DNA of 64,000 nt from Candidatus Limnocylindrales bacterium (GTDB taxonomy: Bacteria; Chloroflexota; Dormibacteria; CF-121), in NCBI GenBank assembly GCA_035632635.1, contig DASQGL010000028.1:5578-69577 (forward strand), in the 5' to 3' direction. Positions within the stretch are counted from its first letter, which is position 1. Every line of letters begins with the position of its first letter. The notes below the pieces were generated by a model. The model saw only the letters and a list, made by a program, of their open reading frames with translations, was not told where the DNA came from and made no database searches. The translations under genes and the position numbers were made by a program. This document shows, in pieces, positions 37,082-46,441 of the stretch.

Positions 37082-37846
37082 ATGAACGTCCTGGTCTGCG
37101 TCAAGCGCGTTCCCGCGACCGGGGGCCACATCGCCTTGACGGCCGACGGCCAGGATATCGACACGCGCTACCTGGGCTTCACCATCAGCCCCCACGAGGA
37201 GTGCGCCGTCGAGGAGGCGGTCCGCCTTGCCGAAACGCATGGGGGGAGCAGCACCGTGCTGACCCTCGGTCCCGAGGTCGCCACCGAGCAACTGCGAGAC
37301 GCGATGGCGATCGGCATCGATCGCGCCATCCTCCTGGAGGCCGGCCAGGGCGAGTGGGACCCGATGGCCACAGCGAACGCCATCGTCGACGCGATCAGAT
37401 CGGAGCGGGCGGCCGGCCGGGAGTACGACCTCCTTCTGTTCGGGAACGAGTCGGCGGACAGCGCCGGCTACCAGGTCGGCATCCGGGTGGCGGAGGCGCT
37501 CGATCTGCCCTGTGTGACCGGGATCAAAGCGCTCGATGTCCAGGATGGGCTGGCCTCCGTTCGGCGCCAGACCGAGTCGGGGTGGGAGACCGCACAGGTC
37601 CGCATGCCGGCGGTCCTGACGGTCAAAGAAGGGATCAACCTGCCCCGGTATCCTTCGTTGCCGGGCCGGCTCAAGGCCAAGAAGAAGGACATCGAGCGGA
37701 TCCAGCCGCGACCGCAGGACGCCGGGCTCGAGAAGGTCCGTCTCAAGCTACCGGTGATGGCGGCGCACACGGTCGAGATCCTGGGCAGCGACGGCGACGC
37801 GGCGCCGCAGGTCGTCGAGGTCCTGCGCCGGTTGCGATTGGTCTGA
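37082..37846 (+). CDS. etfB: Electron transfer flavoprotein beta subunit
   Basis: MNVLVCVKRVP N-terminal signature of EtfB/FixA. Confidence 0.85.
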   Translation: MNVLVCVKRVPATGGHIALTADGQDIDTRYLGFTISPHEECAVEEAVRLAETHGGSSTVLTLGPEVATEQLRDAMAIGIDRAILLEAGQGEWDPMATANAIVDAIRSERAAGREYDLLLFGNESADSAGYQVGIRVAEALDLPCVTGIKALDVQDGLASVRRQTESGWETAQVRMPAVLTVKEGINLPRYPSLPGRLKAKKKDIERIQPRPQDAGLEKVRLKLPVMAAHTVEILGSDGDAAPQVVEVLRRLRLV

Positions 37847-37849
37847 GCG

Positions 37850-38821
37850 ATGGTGCTGGCCTTCATCGAACACGCCGGCGCAGCGCCCACCATGCTTTCG
37901 CTCGAACTGTTGACCGCCGCGCGGCGTCTGGCGCAGGCCATGGGTGAGCCGCTGGAGGCGGTTGCGATCGGGGCAGCGGGCGCCGCGGCCGGCATCCTCA
38001 CCTCCTACGGCGTCTCCACGCTGCACGTCGTCGAGGACGCGCGTCTGCAGGAATACGCGCCTGAGGCCTACGCCAGGACCGTGGTGGACCTCGTGGATCG
38101 CCTCCATCCGTCCGTCCTCATGGGCACCGGGAGCGATCGCGGCACGGAGGTCATGGCGCACGCGGCGGCACGCATGGCCATGCCGCTGGCGGCGAACTGC
38201 ACCGAGATCGTCCCGGGCGATCCGTTCCTCGTGACCCGCCAGCGCTGGGGGGGAAGCCTGCTGGAGGAGGCGCGGCTGAAAGGCGCCGTGAAGCTGCTGA
38301 CGCTCGCGCCGCACGCGACGACCGCCGAGACAGATCCTTCCCGCACCCAGGCCGAGGTGCGCGCCTTCAGCCCAACCCTCGAGGAGAAGGACTTCCGTGT
38401 CCGCGTCATCCCCCAGGCCGCCGCGGATGAAGGCAAGATCTCGCTCGCGCAGGCTCGGGTGGTCGTTGGCGGCGGTCGCGGAGTCGGAAGCGCGCAGGGG
38501 TTTCAGGCGCTCGAAGAGCTGGCCGGCCTGCTCGGCGGCACGGTCGGGTGCTCCCGGGCCGTGACCAGTCTCGGCTGGCGTCCCCACGCGGACCAGGTCG
38601 GGCAGACCGGGACGCGGATCGCCCCCGACCTCTACATCGCGTGCGGGATCAGCGGGGCGATCCAGCACATGGTCGGCTGCCGCGCCGCCAAGCACATCCT
38701 GGCCATCAACACGGACAAGGATGCCCCGATCGTCGCCCAGGCCGACTACGCGGTCATCGGCGACGTCCACGCCGTCGTCCAGGCGGTCACCTCCGAGGTC
38801 CGCAAGCTCAAGCACAGCTGA
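37850..38821 (+). CDS. etfA: Electron transfer flavoprotein alpha subunit
   Basis: C-terminal FAD-binding region (IAPDLYIACGISGAIQHMVG) typical of EtfA/FixB. Confidence 0.85.
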   Translation: MVLAFIEHAGAAPTMLSLELLTAARRLAQAMGEPLEAVAIGAAGAAAGILTSYGVSTLHVVEDARLQEYAPEAYARTVVDLVDRLHPSVLMGTGSDRGTEVMAHAAARMAMPLAANCTEIVPGDPFLVTRQRWGGSLLEEARLKGAVKLLTLAPHATTAETDPSRTQAEVRAFSPTLEEKDFRVRVIPQAAADEGKISLAQARVVVGGGRGVGSAQGFQALEELAGLLGGTVGCSRAVTSLGWRPHADQVGQTGTRIAPDLYIACGISGAIQHMVGCRAAKHILAINTDKDAPIVAQADYAVIGDVHAVVQAVTSEVRKLKHS

Positions 38822-38900
38822 CGACGGGCGATCGTGCCGGACCGCGACCCGCCCATTCCCTCGGGTTTAAGGCGCTGGCCGCGCGAGGTATACCCGTTGC

Positions 38901-39527
38901 ATGCCTCGCCATGGACCGGTCGAAAAGCGCTCCCGCCGCGCTGGAGTCGAGCTCTCGCTGAAGGGCGCCCGCCTGCTTGCCGGCAAGAGCGGTCTGCGGC
39001 GGCGGCCACATCCCCCCGGCCCGCGGACAGCCACGCGTCGCCGCGCGACCGCCTCCGATCACCTGCGCCAGCTCCGTGAGAAGCAGAAGCTGCAGTGGTT
39101 CTACGGCGTCCGGGCCGGCCAGCTGCAGCGCTACTTCGACGCCAGCCGACGGGAGGCCGGATCCACCGGCGCCGCACTGCTGCGCCACCTGGAGCAGCGC
39201 CTGGACAACACCGTGTACCGGCTTGGACTGGCCGGCACCCGGGCCCAGGCGCGCCAGCTCGTCGGGCACGGACACGTGCAGGTCGATGGCACGCGTGTGG
39301 ACCGTCCCTCATATGCGGTCCGCCGCGGGGAGACCATCGCGATCCGGCCCGGCAGCTCCGTCGAACCGATCGTCCGGGACGCCCTCTCCCTGGGTTTCCA
39401 GGTACCGGCCTGGCTCAGCGTGGACCACGAGTCGCTGAGCGGGAAGGTGCTCCGGGACCCGGAACCGGCCGAGGTGAACGCGCCGGTCGACGTCGACCGC
39501 GTCGTCGAGTTCCTGACCCGGTACTGA
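38901..39527 (+). CDS. rpsD: 30S ribosomal protein S4
   Basis: KLQWFYGV...LDNTVYRLGLAGTRAQARQLVGHGHVQVDGTRVDRPSY matches the S4 domain. Confidence 0.85.
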   Translation: MPRHGPVEKRSRRAGVELSLKGARLLAGKSGLRRRPHPPGPRTATRRRATASDHLRQLREKQKLQWFYGVRAGQLQRYFDASRREAGSTGAALLRHLEQRLDNTVYRLGLAGTRAQARQLVGHGHVQVDGTRVDRPSYAVRRGETIAIRPGSSVEPIVRDALSLGFQVPAWLSVDHESLSGKVLRDPEPAEVNAPVDVDRVVEFLTRY

Positions 39528-39554
39528 GGAGCGGTCCTCCGCGGATCAGGAGAC

Positions 39555-39938
39555 TCAAGCCTTCGCGGACTTCAGCCAGGGGAGGGCGACGGCGAGCGGC
39601 CGCACCAGCAGCTGATACTGCTCCGGCTCCAGATGGCGGCGCGCCGTCACGCCGACCGCCGCGTCGCCCGCCGCCCGCCAGGCGGGCCCCTGGGCCCGGT
39701 CCTTGCTTCGCTCGGCGCCAGCGCTGAACACGGTCTGGAAGCGCTCCGGGCCCAGCTCATCCTGGGCGGCCCGCCGAGCAGCCTCGATCTGGGGGCCGTG
39801 GCTCAACTCCTGCCGCTCGTAGGTCCGTCCGATCAGACGCCAGGCCTCGTCGCCCAATCCGAGGATCCCCTGGTAGAAGCGGTCGACGACCGACCCGCCC
39901 GTGTCCCCCTCACCCTCGCGCGTCCAGGCCCGGGTCAT
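39555..39938 (-). CDS. Hypothetical protein
   Basis: 127-aa ORF with strongly GC3-biased codons and a protein-like composition; no family recognised. Confidence 0.35.
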   Translation of the reverse strand: MTRAWTREGEGDTGGSVVDRFYQGILGLGDEAWRLIGRTYERQELSHGPQIEAARRAAQDELGPERFQTVFSAGAERSKDRAQGPAWRAAGDAAVGVTARRHLEPEQYQLLVRPLAVALPWLKSAKA

Positions 39939-40031
39939 CCCTGCATGTTATCGCTCGATTCGGGCACTCAGGCGTCACCGGCATAACGTTCAAGCGCCCG
40001 TCGCCGTTCTGGATGCCGTGGTCGCCGCGAT

Positions 40032-40584
40032 GACGCATGCGCAACGCCGTCTGCCGGTTGCCGGATGGGCGCTGCTCGTCGCGGCCGTCACGCTCATCGC
40101 CGCGGTCGTGGAGATCGCGGGGCAACAGGCCATGCGGCAGGGCGCCGACCATCCTCAGGTCGAGATGGCGCGGCAGGCCGCCTCCCAGCTGAATGCCGGC
40201 GCGCGCCCAGCCGACGTCGTTGGAACCGGTCGGGCGGACATCGCGACCTCGCTGCAGCCGTGGTTGACGGTCACGGATCAGCACGGCGTGCCGCTCGCGT
40301 CATCCGGCGTCCTCGGAGGATTGCCGCCGATCCCGCCGTCAGGCGTCTTCGATTTCGTCCGGGCGCACGGTGAAGACCGGATCAGCTGGCAACCGGCTGC
40401 CGGGGTGCGCAGCGCGATCGCCATCGATTCCTACCGGGGCGGATTCATCGTGGCCGGCCGCTCGCTCCGCGTCGTCGAGGACGGGGAAAGCGCCTTGCTG
40501 GGCTGGGTCGTGATCTCCTGGATCGCCGCGATGGTGGTGCTGGGCGCGGGCGCGACCGTCCTTCAGCGTCGCCGCGCCGCCTGA
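40032..40584 (+). CDS. Hypothetical membrane-anchored protein (N- and C-terminal TM segments); start uncertain (40032 ATG vs 39901)
   Basis: Hydrophobic N-terminus (AGWALLVAAVTLIAAVV) and C-terminus (LLGWVVISWIAAMVVLGAG). Confidence 0.35.
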
Positions 40585-41711
40585 AAGCGATTCAGGCTGA
40601 ACAGGCTGATGTCGTGACGCGTCGACCCGTGCTCGACCAGGTCGGCCAGGATCTCGCCCACCACCGGGGCGAACTTGAACCCGTGGCCTGACAAACCGGC
40701 CGCAAACGCCACCTGCAGATGCTCCGGGTGCGCGCCGATGATGAAGTGCTCGTCCGGGCTGTTCTCGAACAGGCAGACCTTCATGGCCATCGTCGGACCG
40801 GCGGCGTCGGGGAAGTAGCGCTCGGTGAAGCTGCGCAGGATCGCCTCGTCGGCTTCATTCGGCTCACGGTCGACCCGATCGGGATCCACGCGCTGCTCGA
40901 GGTGGTGATAGCGGCCGACCTTGAAGCCCGGGACGCCGAAGACCGGCAGCCCGTAGTAGCGTCCGGCGGGGTCGTCGAACTGCCAGACCGGGCATCGCGT
41001 CCAGGCAAACAGCTCCGGGCGACGAGGCTGGAACCAGGCGACGACCTGGCGCTCGGCAGTCACGAGGCCCTGCAGGGCGTCGACCAGGTAGCCGGCCCAG
41101 GCGCCGGCCGTGACCACGAGCGCGGCGGCCTCGTACGACGCGTGAGCCGTGCGGACGTGGACCAGGTCTCCCCGCACTTCCCAGCCGACCACCGGCTCCC
41201 TCGCGTGGATCTCCGCGCCCTCCGCCTGCGCGCCCTCCACGTAGGCCACGATGCAGCGCTCCGGAAGAAGGAAGCCGGCCCGCGGCTGGACCAGCGCCAT
41301 GGTGTCAGCGGGGAACTGGAACCCTGGAAAACGGCGGCGCAGCTCCGCGCCGGTCAGGACCTCGTAGTCGAGGTCGTGCTCGTCCGCCGCGCGCCGCGCA
41401 TCCGCGAAGATCGTTCCGCCGGGTGGGCTGGCGTCGACGCACCCGGTCAGGTACAGCAACCGCTCACCGGCTCGCGCCTCCAGCTCTTCCCAGAGCTCGT
41501 AGGCGCGCCGCAGGAGCGGGACGTACGACGGGTGTTCAGAGTAGACGAGGCGGATGACGCGCGTGATGCCATGCGACGACCCCATCTCGTGGGGGATGTC
41601 GAACCGTTCCAGTCCCAGGACGCGCTTCCCTCGGCGCGCGAGGTGATAGGCGGTCGCGCTGCCCATCCCCCCGATTCCGACGATGATGACGTCGAACCGG
41701 CGCGGGCTCAG
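40563..41711 (-). CDS. Monomeric sarcosine oxidase / N-methyltryptophan oxidase (MSOX/MTOX) family flavoprotein; start codon non-canonical or disrupted
   Basis: C-terminal NSPDEHFIIGAHPEHLQVAFAAGLSGHGFKFAPVVGEILADL...FSLNRFQ is a close match to the SolA/MSOX family. The Rossmann motif RRFDVIIVGIGGMGS lies partly upstream of the first ATG at 41666. Confidence 0.7.
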   Translation of the reverse strand: MSPRRFDVIIVGIGGMGSATAYHLARRGKRVLGLERFDIPHEMGSSHGITRVIRLVYSEHPSYVPLLRRAYELWEELEARAGERLLYLTGCVDASPPGGTIFADARRAADEHDLDYEVLTGAELRRRFPGFQFPADTMALVQPRAGFLLPERCIVAYVEGAQAEGAEIHAREPVVGWEVRGDLVHVRTAHASYEAAALVVTAGAWAGYLVDALQGLVTAERQVVAWFQPRRPELFAWTRCPVWQFDDPAGRYYGLPVFGVPGFKVGRYHHLEQRVDPDRVDREPNEADEAILRSFTERYFPDAAGPTMAMKVCLFENSPDEHFIIGAHPEHLQVAFAAGLSGHGFKFAPVVGEILADLVEHGSTRHDISLFSLNRFQAARRR

Positions 41712-41982
41712 GGGTTCAGGATCTTGGAGCGGGGATTCGCGTCATCAAGCTCCTTGACGACCGCCTCGGCAACGTCGGCTGGGGTGCCCGGCCGCTCCTG
41801 TTCCTCGCTCCATTTCCAGCCGTCGAGGTAGGCGTCCATGTCGGTCGAGCCGTCCTTCATCGCGTAGGCATCGATGGCAGCCATGAAGCGGTCCGGCAGC
41901 ATGCGCTTGACCTCCGCCTGCCCGTCCCAGGCCTTCACCTGGGAGGGAATGTGTTTCCAGTACATGACCTGGTACCGCGCCA
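41708..41982 (-). CDS. Small hypothetical protein; the N-terminal extent is uncertain because the longest ORF (to 42133) collides with the MFS N-terminus
   Basis: Core sequence MYWKHIPSQVKAWDGQAEVKRMLPDRFMAAIDAYAMKDGSTDMDAYLDGWKWSEEQERP is protein-like; no family recognised. Confidence 0.3.
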
Positions 41983-42036
41983 CATCAGCATGGTAACCGC
42001 CGTACAATCGACCCGTGACCTGACGAGGCCGTCCCC

Positions 42037-43244
42037 GCCGACTCCTGAACACGGTCGCCATCCTCCTCGCGATCGAGCTTCTCGATGAGCTGGTCGACGG
42101 GGTCAAGGGAGCGGCGCTGCCGCTGATTCGCACGGACCTGCACCTCTCCTATGCGGAGATCGGCCTCTTGCTCTCGGCGCCGATCATCCTCGGCAACCTG
42201 GTCGAAGCCCCACTGGGAATCCTCGCCGATCGCGGGTGGCGGCGAAGGCTGATCCTCACGGGGGGCGCCCTGTTCGTGCTCTCCCTTGCCACGATTGCGG
42301 GCGCGCAGGCGTTCTGGATGCTGCTGGGTGGCTTCGTCCTCTTCTACCCGGCCAGCGGCGCCTTCGTGTCGCTGGCGCAGGCCAGTCTGATGGACCTGGA
42401 CCCGGCCCGGCACGAAGCCAACATGGCCCGCTGGAATTTCGTCGGGGCGCTCGGCGCGGTGACCGGTTCGCTGCTGATCGCCGGCGCGATCACCCTTCAC
42501 GCGAGCTGGCGATTCGGCTTCGCGCTGCTGGCCGGCGCCGGGCTGGCCTGCGTGCTGGAGGCCGCCCGCGTGCCCCAGCTGAGCGGGACGCCGGAGGGCG
42601 TCGGCGAGAGCCTGCGCGACAGCGTGGTCGCCGCGCTGGCGGCGCTGCGCCGGCTCGCGGTCGTGCGCTGGCTGCTGTTACTGGAGGCCGCCGACCTGAT
42701 GCTCGACGTCTTCACCGGATTCCTGGCGGTCTTCCTGGTCGACGTCGGGCACCTGTCGCCGGTGGTGGCCGCCGTCGCCGTCGGCATCCGCCTGGGCGCC
42801 GATCTGCTGGGCGGCTTGCTGGTCATCCCGCTCGTAGAACAGGTCCCGGGCAGCGTCTATCTGCGCATCAGCGCCGGTCTCATGCTCGTCCTCTATCCGG
42901 CGTTCCTGCTCACACCCTGGCTGCCGGCGCGGCTCACCATCCTGGCGCTCCTCTCACTGTGCACCGCCGGATGGTATCCGGTGTTGAAGGCCGCCGTGTT
43001 CTCGGCGATGCCCGGCCGCAGCGGCACGGTGATGTCGATCGAAGACGTGGTCGCCATGCTCGGCGGCCTCGTGCCCGCCGCACTCGGACTGATCGCCACT
43101 TCAGCCGGACTCGCCGCCGCGATGTGGCTTCTGCTGCTCAGCCCGATGCTGCTGCTTGTCGGGACGGTTGCTCGGCGACGAGAGACGTCAGGCGGTCCTC
43201 GAGCTCTCCCAGGCCCACCCAGCGAATCTCGAGGGGAAGCTTGA
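42037..43244 (+). CDS. MFS transporter; the ORF track starts at TTG 42168, but the in-frame upstream 43 codons encode TM1 and MFS motif A
   Basis: LLNTVAILLAIELLDELVDG (TM1) and GILADRGWRRRLIL (motif A G-x3-D-R-x-G-R-R) lie upstream of the first ATG/GTG/TTG in frame. Confidence 0.55.
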
Positions 43245-43752
43245 GCGTGGCCGCGATCTTGCGAGCGCGATCGATCAGCCGGGCGTTGGGGAACTGACAG
43301 AGATAGATCAGGTTCGTGTAGTTGCCGAAATACACGGCCTGCAGCTCCGGAAAGCGGTCGAGGCCGAGCCCGCGCGAGACGGCCCGGTCGAAGTTGCGCA
43401 CCAGCCAATCGGTCAGGAAGAACGTCGCCGGCTGGTTCTCCGCGAGCCGCTCGAACTCCCGGGCCCCAGCGAACATCTCATAGCAGTGCGGACCCTTCAG
43501 GCAGACCGCGCCGTAACGCGCGAGCACGGGGTCGAGGGCTCCCGCCGTGCCGCAATCGCCGTAGACGACGATGACCCGCTCGTATCGTGGCGCGATGGTG
43601 TCCAGCTTGCGCTCGATCGCCTCGACGATCTTCTTCGGATAGAAGTGGTGCAGGGCGGGAATACCGTAGATGTCGACGTCCCATCCGCGCGCGTCGACGA
43701 GCGTCTTGACCTCCCTGCCCAGCGCCCCGCAGATGATCAGCGCCGTTCTCAC
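43138..43752 (-). CDS. DUF1638-domain protein (family found almost exclusively next to corrinoid-protein/methyltransferase genes)
   Basis: MRTALIICGALGREV...VVYGDCGT pattern. It is translationally coupled to the RACo gene upstream (4-nt overlap). Confidence 0.55.
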   Translation of the reverse strand: MRTALIICGALGREVKTLVDARGWDVDIYGIPALHHFYPKKIVEAIERKLDTIAPRYERVIVVYGDCGTAGALDPVLARYGAVCLKGPHCYEMFAGAREFERLAENQPATFFLTDWLVRNFDRAVSRGLGLDRFPELQAVYFGNYTNLIYLCQFPNARLIDRARKIAATLKLPLEIRWVGLGELEDRLTSLVAEQPSRQAAASG

Positions 43753-45572
43753 AGCGTGTCGAGCTCCGGAAATTGCAGCACCGAGATGAACGAGTCGTTG
43801 AAGTCGGCTCGGGCGGAGAGCTCGACGTACTCCACCTGCTCGGGAAGGTCGAAGGCAACCTGCCGCTCGCGGAAGGAGAGCAGTGTCATCTTCGCGCCCT
43901 CGCCAGCGGTGTTGCCAACCGAGAGGATCCGGTCGACCGGCACCGGGGGCACGAGACCGATGATCCTCGCGCTCTCCGGATTCAGATAGGAGCCGAACGA
44001 GCCGCCCAAGAGCACTTCATCGAGATCCCCGGCACTGACCCCGAGTTCGTCCATGAGCACCTTGATGCCGCCCGCAATCGACCCCTTGCCAAACTGCAAT
44101 TCGCGGACGTCCTTCTGGCTCAGGTAGACGCTATCGGCGAGCAGGAAGGCGCGCACGCCGTCGACCGTGATCAGCCGATCGGAGAGTGGGTGCTCGGGGA
44201 CCTCCTCGCGGCTCCGCATCCGGCCGGACGCATCGAGCAGGCCGCACAGCCGCAACTGCGCGATCGCGTCCACGAGTCCCGACCCGCAGATACCTCTTGC
44301 GGGGACGTCGCCGCCGATGATCTGGAGCTCGACGCGATCGCCGAGCGTGACCCCCTCGATGGCACCCTCGGTGGCCCGCATCCCGCACTTGATCTGGCTG
44401 CCTTCGAAGGCGGGGCCCGCCGGGGCGGCGGTGGCCAGGATCCGTCGCGACGACCCGAGCACGATCTCACCGTTGGTGCCCACGTCGACGAAGACGCGCA
44501 GCTTCTCTTCGCGGCCCAGCCCGGTCGCGATCACGCCCGCCACGATGTCCGCGCCGACGTAGGCGCCGATCAGCGGAAGGGTCTGAACCTTGCCGTTCGG
44601 ATGGATCTCCAGCCCGGCATCCCGGGCGTCCACGTAGAGGGCGCCGTGGAAGGCCGGAGTGAACGGCACCATCGAGATCGGGGTCGGATCGATGCCCAGC
44701 AACAGGTGCAGCATGGTCGCGTTTCCAACCACGACCGCCTCGTAAACCCGATCCCGTGCGACGCCGGACTCGGAGAACAGCTCGCTCAGGATGCCGTTCA
44801 TGCTGGTCCGGATCGCCGCTTGCAGCTCGCCAAGCGCCTCCGGCCCCAGCATGGCGTGGCTGATGCGGGAGATCACGTCCGCGCCGAAGGGCGCCTGGCC
44901 GTTGAGCGTCGACCGCACGGCTTCCGCCATCCCGGTGCGGAGGTTCATCAAGGTCCCGACCACGGTCGTCGTGCCGACATCGAACGCGACCCCGTAGCAG
45001 GCATCACGCGTGTCCCCGCCTTCTACGGCGATCAGCTGGTCCCCACCCAGGACCGCGGTCACCCTGAAGTCAGATGCGCGGAGCGTCGCCGGCAGCCGGG
45101 CCAGGACGGCGACGTTCCCCTTCATGTCGAAGCCCTCAGCGGTCAGCGCGTCCTGCAGGCGCTCGATGTCGCCTCGTTGGTCGGCGAGCGTCGGCTCCTG
45201 CAGCTCCACGTACACCTTGCGCACGTTCGGATCCAGCAACACCAGCCGGTTCACGCCCATGGTCGCCGCCTTGGGCACCCGCTGCAGCTCGGGCACCAGG
45301 CAGACCGTGTCCTGATAGACCTTCGATTGGCAGCTGAGCCGCCAGCCGGCCGCGATCTCGGACTCCCGCAGCTCCTTGCGGTCGGCCGTGGTGACGTCCA
45401 GGCCGCCATCCAGCACCTGGACCTTGCACTTGCCGCAGGTCCCCCGGCCACCGCAGGTCGAGTCGATCGGGAGGCCGATCCAGTGCGCCGCACTGAAGAG
45501 GGTGGTCCCCGGCGGGACCCGCGTCACCCGGTCGTACGGCTTGTAGGTGACCTCGAGCTTCTTGGCGATCAT
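43749..45572 (-). CDS. RACo-type reductive activator of corrinoid proteins (N-terminal plant-type [2Fe-2S] ferredoxin domain followed by an ASKHA ATPase domain)
   Basis: CGGRGTCGKCKV...C ferredoxin motif, then a long ASKHA-fold region (FDVGTTTVVG, DVGTNGEIV) and about 600 aa total length. Confidence 0.7.
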   Translation of the reverse strand: MIAKKLEVTYKPYDRVTRVPPGTTLFSAAHWIGLPIDSTCGGRGTCGKCKVQVLDGGLDVTTADRKELRESEIAAGWRLSCQSKVYQDTVCLVPELQRVPKAATMGVNRLVLLDPNVRKVYVELQEPTLADQRGDIERLQDALTAEGFDMKGNVAVLARLPATLRASDFRVTAVLGGDQLIAVEGGDTRDACYGVAFDVGTTTVVGTLMNLRTGMAEAVRSTLNGQAPFGADVISRISHAMLGPEALGELQAAIRTSMNGILSELFSESGVARDRVYEAVVVGNATMLHLLLGIDPTPISMVPFTPAFHGALYVDARDAGLEIHPNGKVQTLPLIGAYVGADIVAGVIATGLGREEKLRVFVDVGTNGEIVLGSSRRILATAAPAGPAFEGSQIKCGMRATEGAIEGVTLGDRVELQIIGGDVPARGICGSGLVDAIAQLRLCGLLDASGRMRSREEVPEHPLSDRLITVDGVRAFLLADSVYLSQKDVRELQFGKGSIAGGIKVLMDELGVSAGDLDEVLLGGSFGSYLNPESARIIGLVPPVPVDRILSVGNTAGEGAKMTLLSFRERQVAFDLPEQVEYVELSARADFNDSFISVLQFPELDTL

Positions 45573-46441
45573 GGACTGACCGGGGCCGGCGCTTTCTTCT
45601 GCCGTTCGCGGAAATCCGCAATCCAGCGCATCGCGTACTCGTCGTGTCCGAGCAGCAGGTCCGACGCCAGCACCGCCATCCGGACTTCACCGATCAGCGG
45701 ATTCGTGATGGCGCAGGTCAGTCCCGCACGCATCGCAACCGGCAGCCAGGCCGCGTTCAGGGCATGCCGGTCGGGCAGACCGAACGACACGTTCGAGGCG
45801 CCACACGTCATGTTGTTGCCGAGTTCGTCCCGGATCAGCTCCATCGTGCGCAACGTGATCACTCCCGCCTGCGGGTCGGCAGCCACGGTCATGGCGATCG
45901 GATCGATGACGACATCTTCCCTTGGAATGCCGTAGTAGACGGCACGCTCGACGATCTTGCGGGCGATCTGCAGCCGCTCCTCGGGCACCATCGTGATGCC
46001 GGTCTCGTCGTTGGCCATGCCGATCACGGCGGCGCCGTGCTTGCGCACCAGTGGCAGGATGCGATCGAGTCGTTCATCCTCGGCGGTGACCGAGTTGACG
46101 AGCGCCTTGCCCTCGTAGATCGGCAGGGCCGCCTCGAGGGCCTCGACGACCGAGGAGTCGAGGCAGAGGGGGACGTCGACCACCTCGGACACCGCGCGGA
46201 TGGTGGCCACGAGCAGGGCGGGCTCGTCGATCCCGGGAACGCCGGCGTTGACGTCCAGCATCTGGGCGCCCGCCGCGACCTGCGCGACCGCATCGGCCTT
46301 GACCCGCTCCATCCGCCCCACCTTCATCTCGGCGGCGAGGACCTTGCGGCCGGTCGGATTGATGCGCTCGCCGATCATGACGAACGGGGCTGCGCCGGAA
46401 ATCACGACCTCCCTCGAGCGGGAGCGCAGGATGGTCTCCAC
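45569..46441 (-). CDS. Methyltetrahydrofolate:corrinoid methyltransferase (pterin-binding DHPS-like TIM barrel; MtgA/AcsE/MetH-MeTr-like)
   Basis: VMIGERINPTGRK pterin-binding signature and about 290 aa length. Confidence 0.7.
   Translation of the reverse strand: METILRSRSREVVISGAAPFVMIGERINPTGRKVLAAEMKVGRMERVKADAVAQVAAGAQMLDVNAGVPGIDEPALLVATIRAVSEVVDVPLCLDSSVVEALEAALPIYEGKALVNSVTAEDERLDRILPLVRKHGAAVIGMANDETGITMVPEERLQIARKIVERAVYYGIPREDVVIDPIAMTVAADPQAGVITLRTMELIRDELGNNMTCGASNVSFGLPDRHALNAAWLPVAMRAGLTCAITNPLIGEVRMAVLASDLLLGHDEYAMRWIADFRERQKKAPAPVSP

Noticed and set aside
43773-45935. 720-aa plus-strand ORF, and 46564..48549 (661 aa, plus strand)
   Set aside because: Antisense to the RACo/pterin-MT genes and the metF-metV/corrinoid-protein genes respectively; the minus-strand products all have family-specific motifs.
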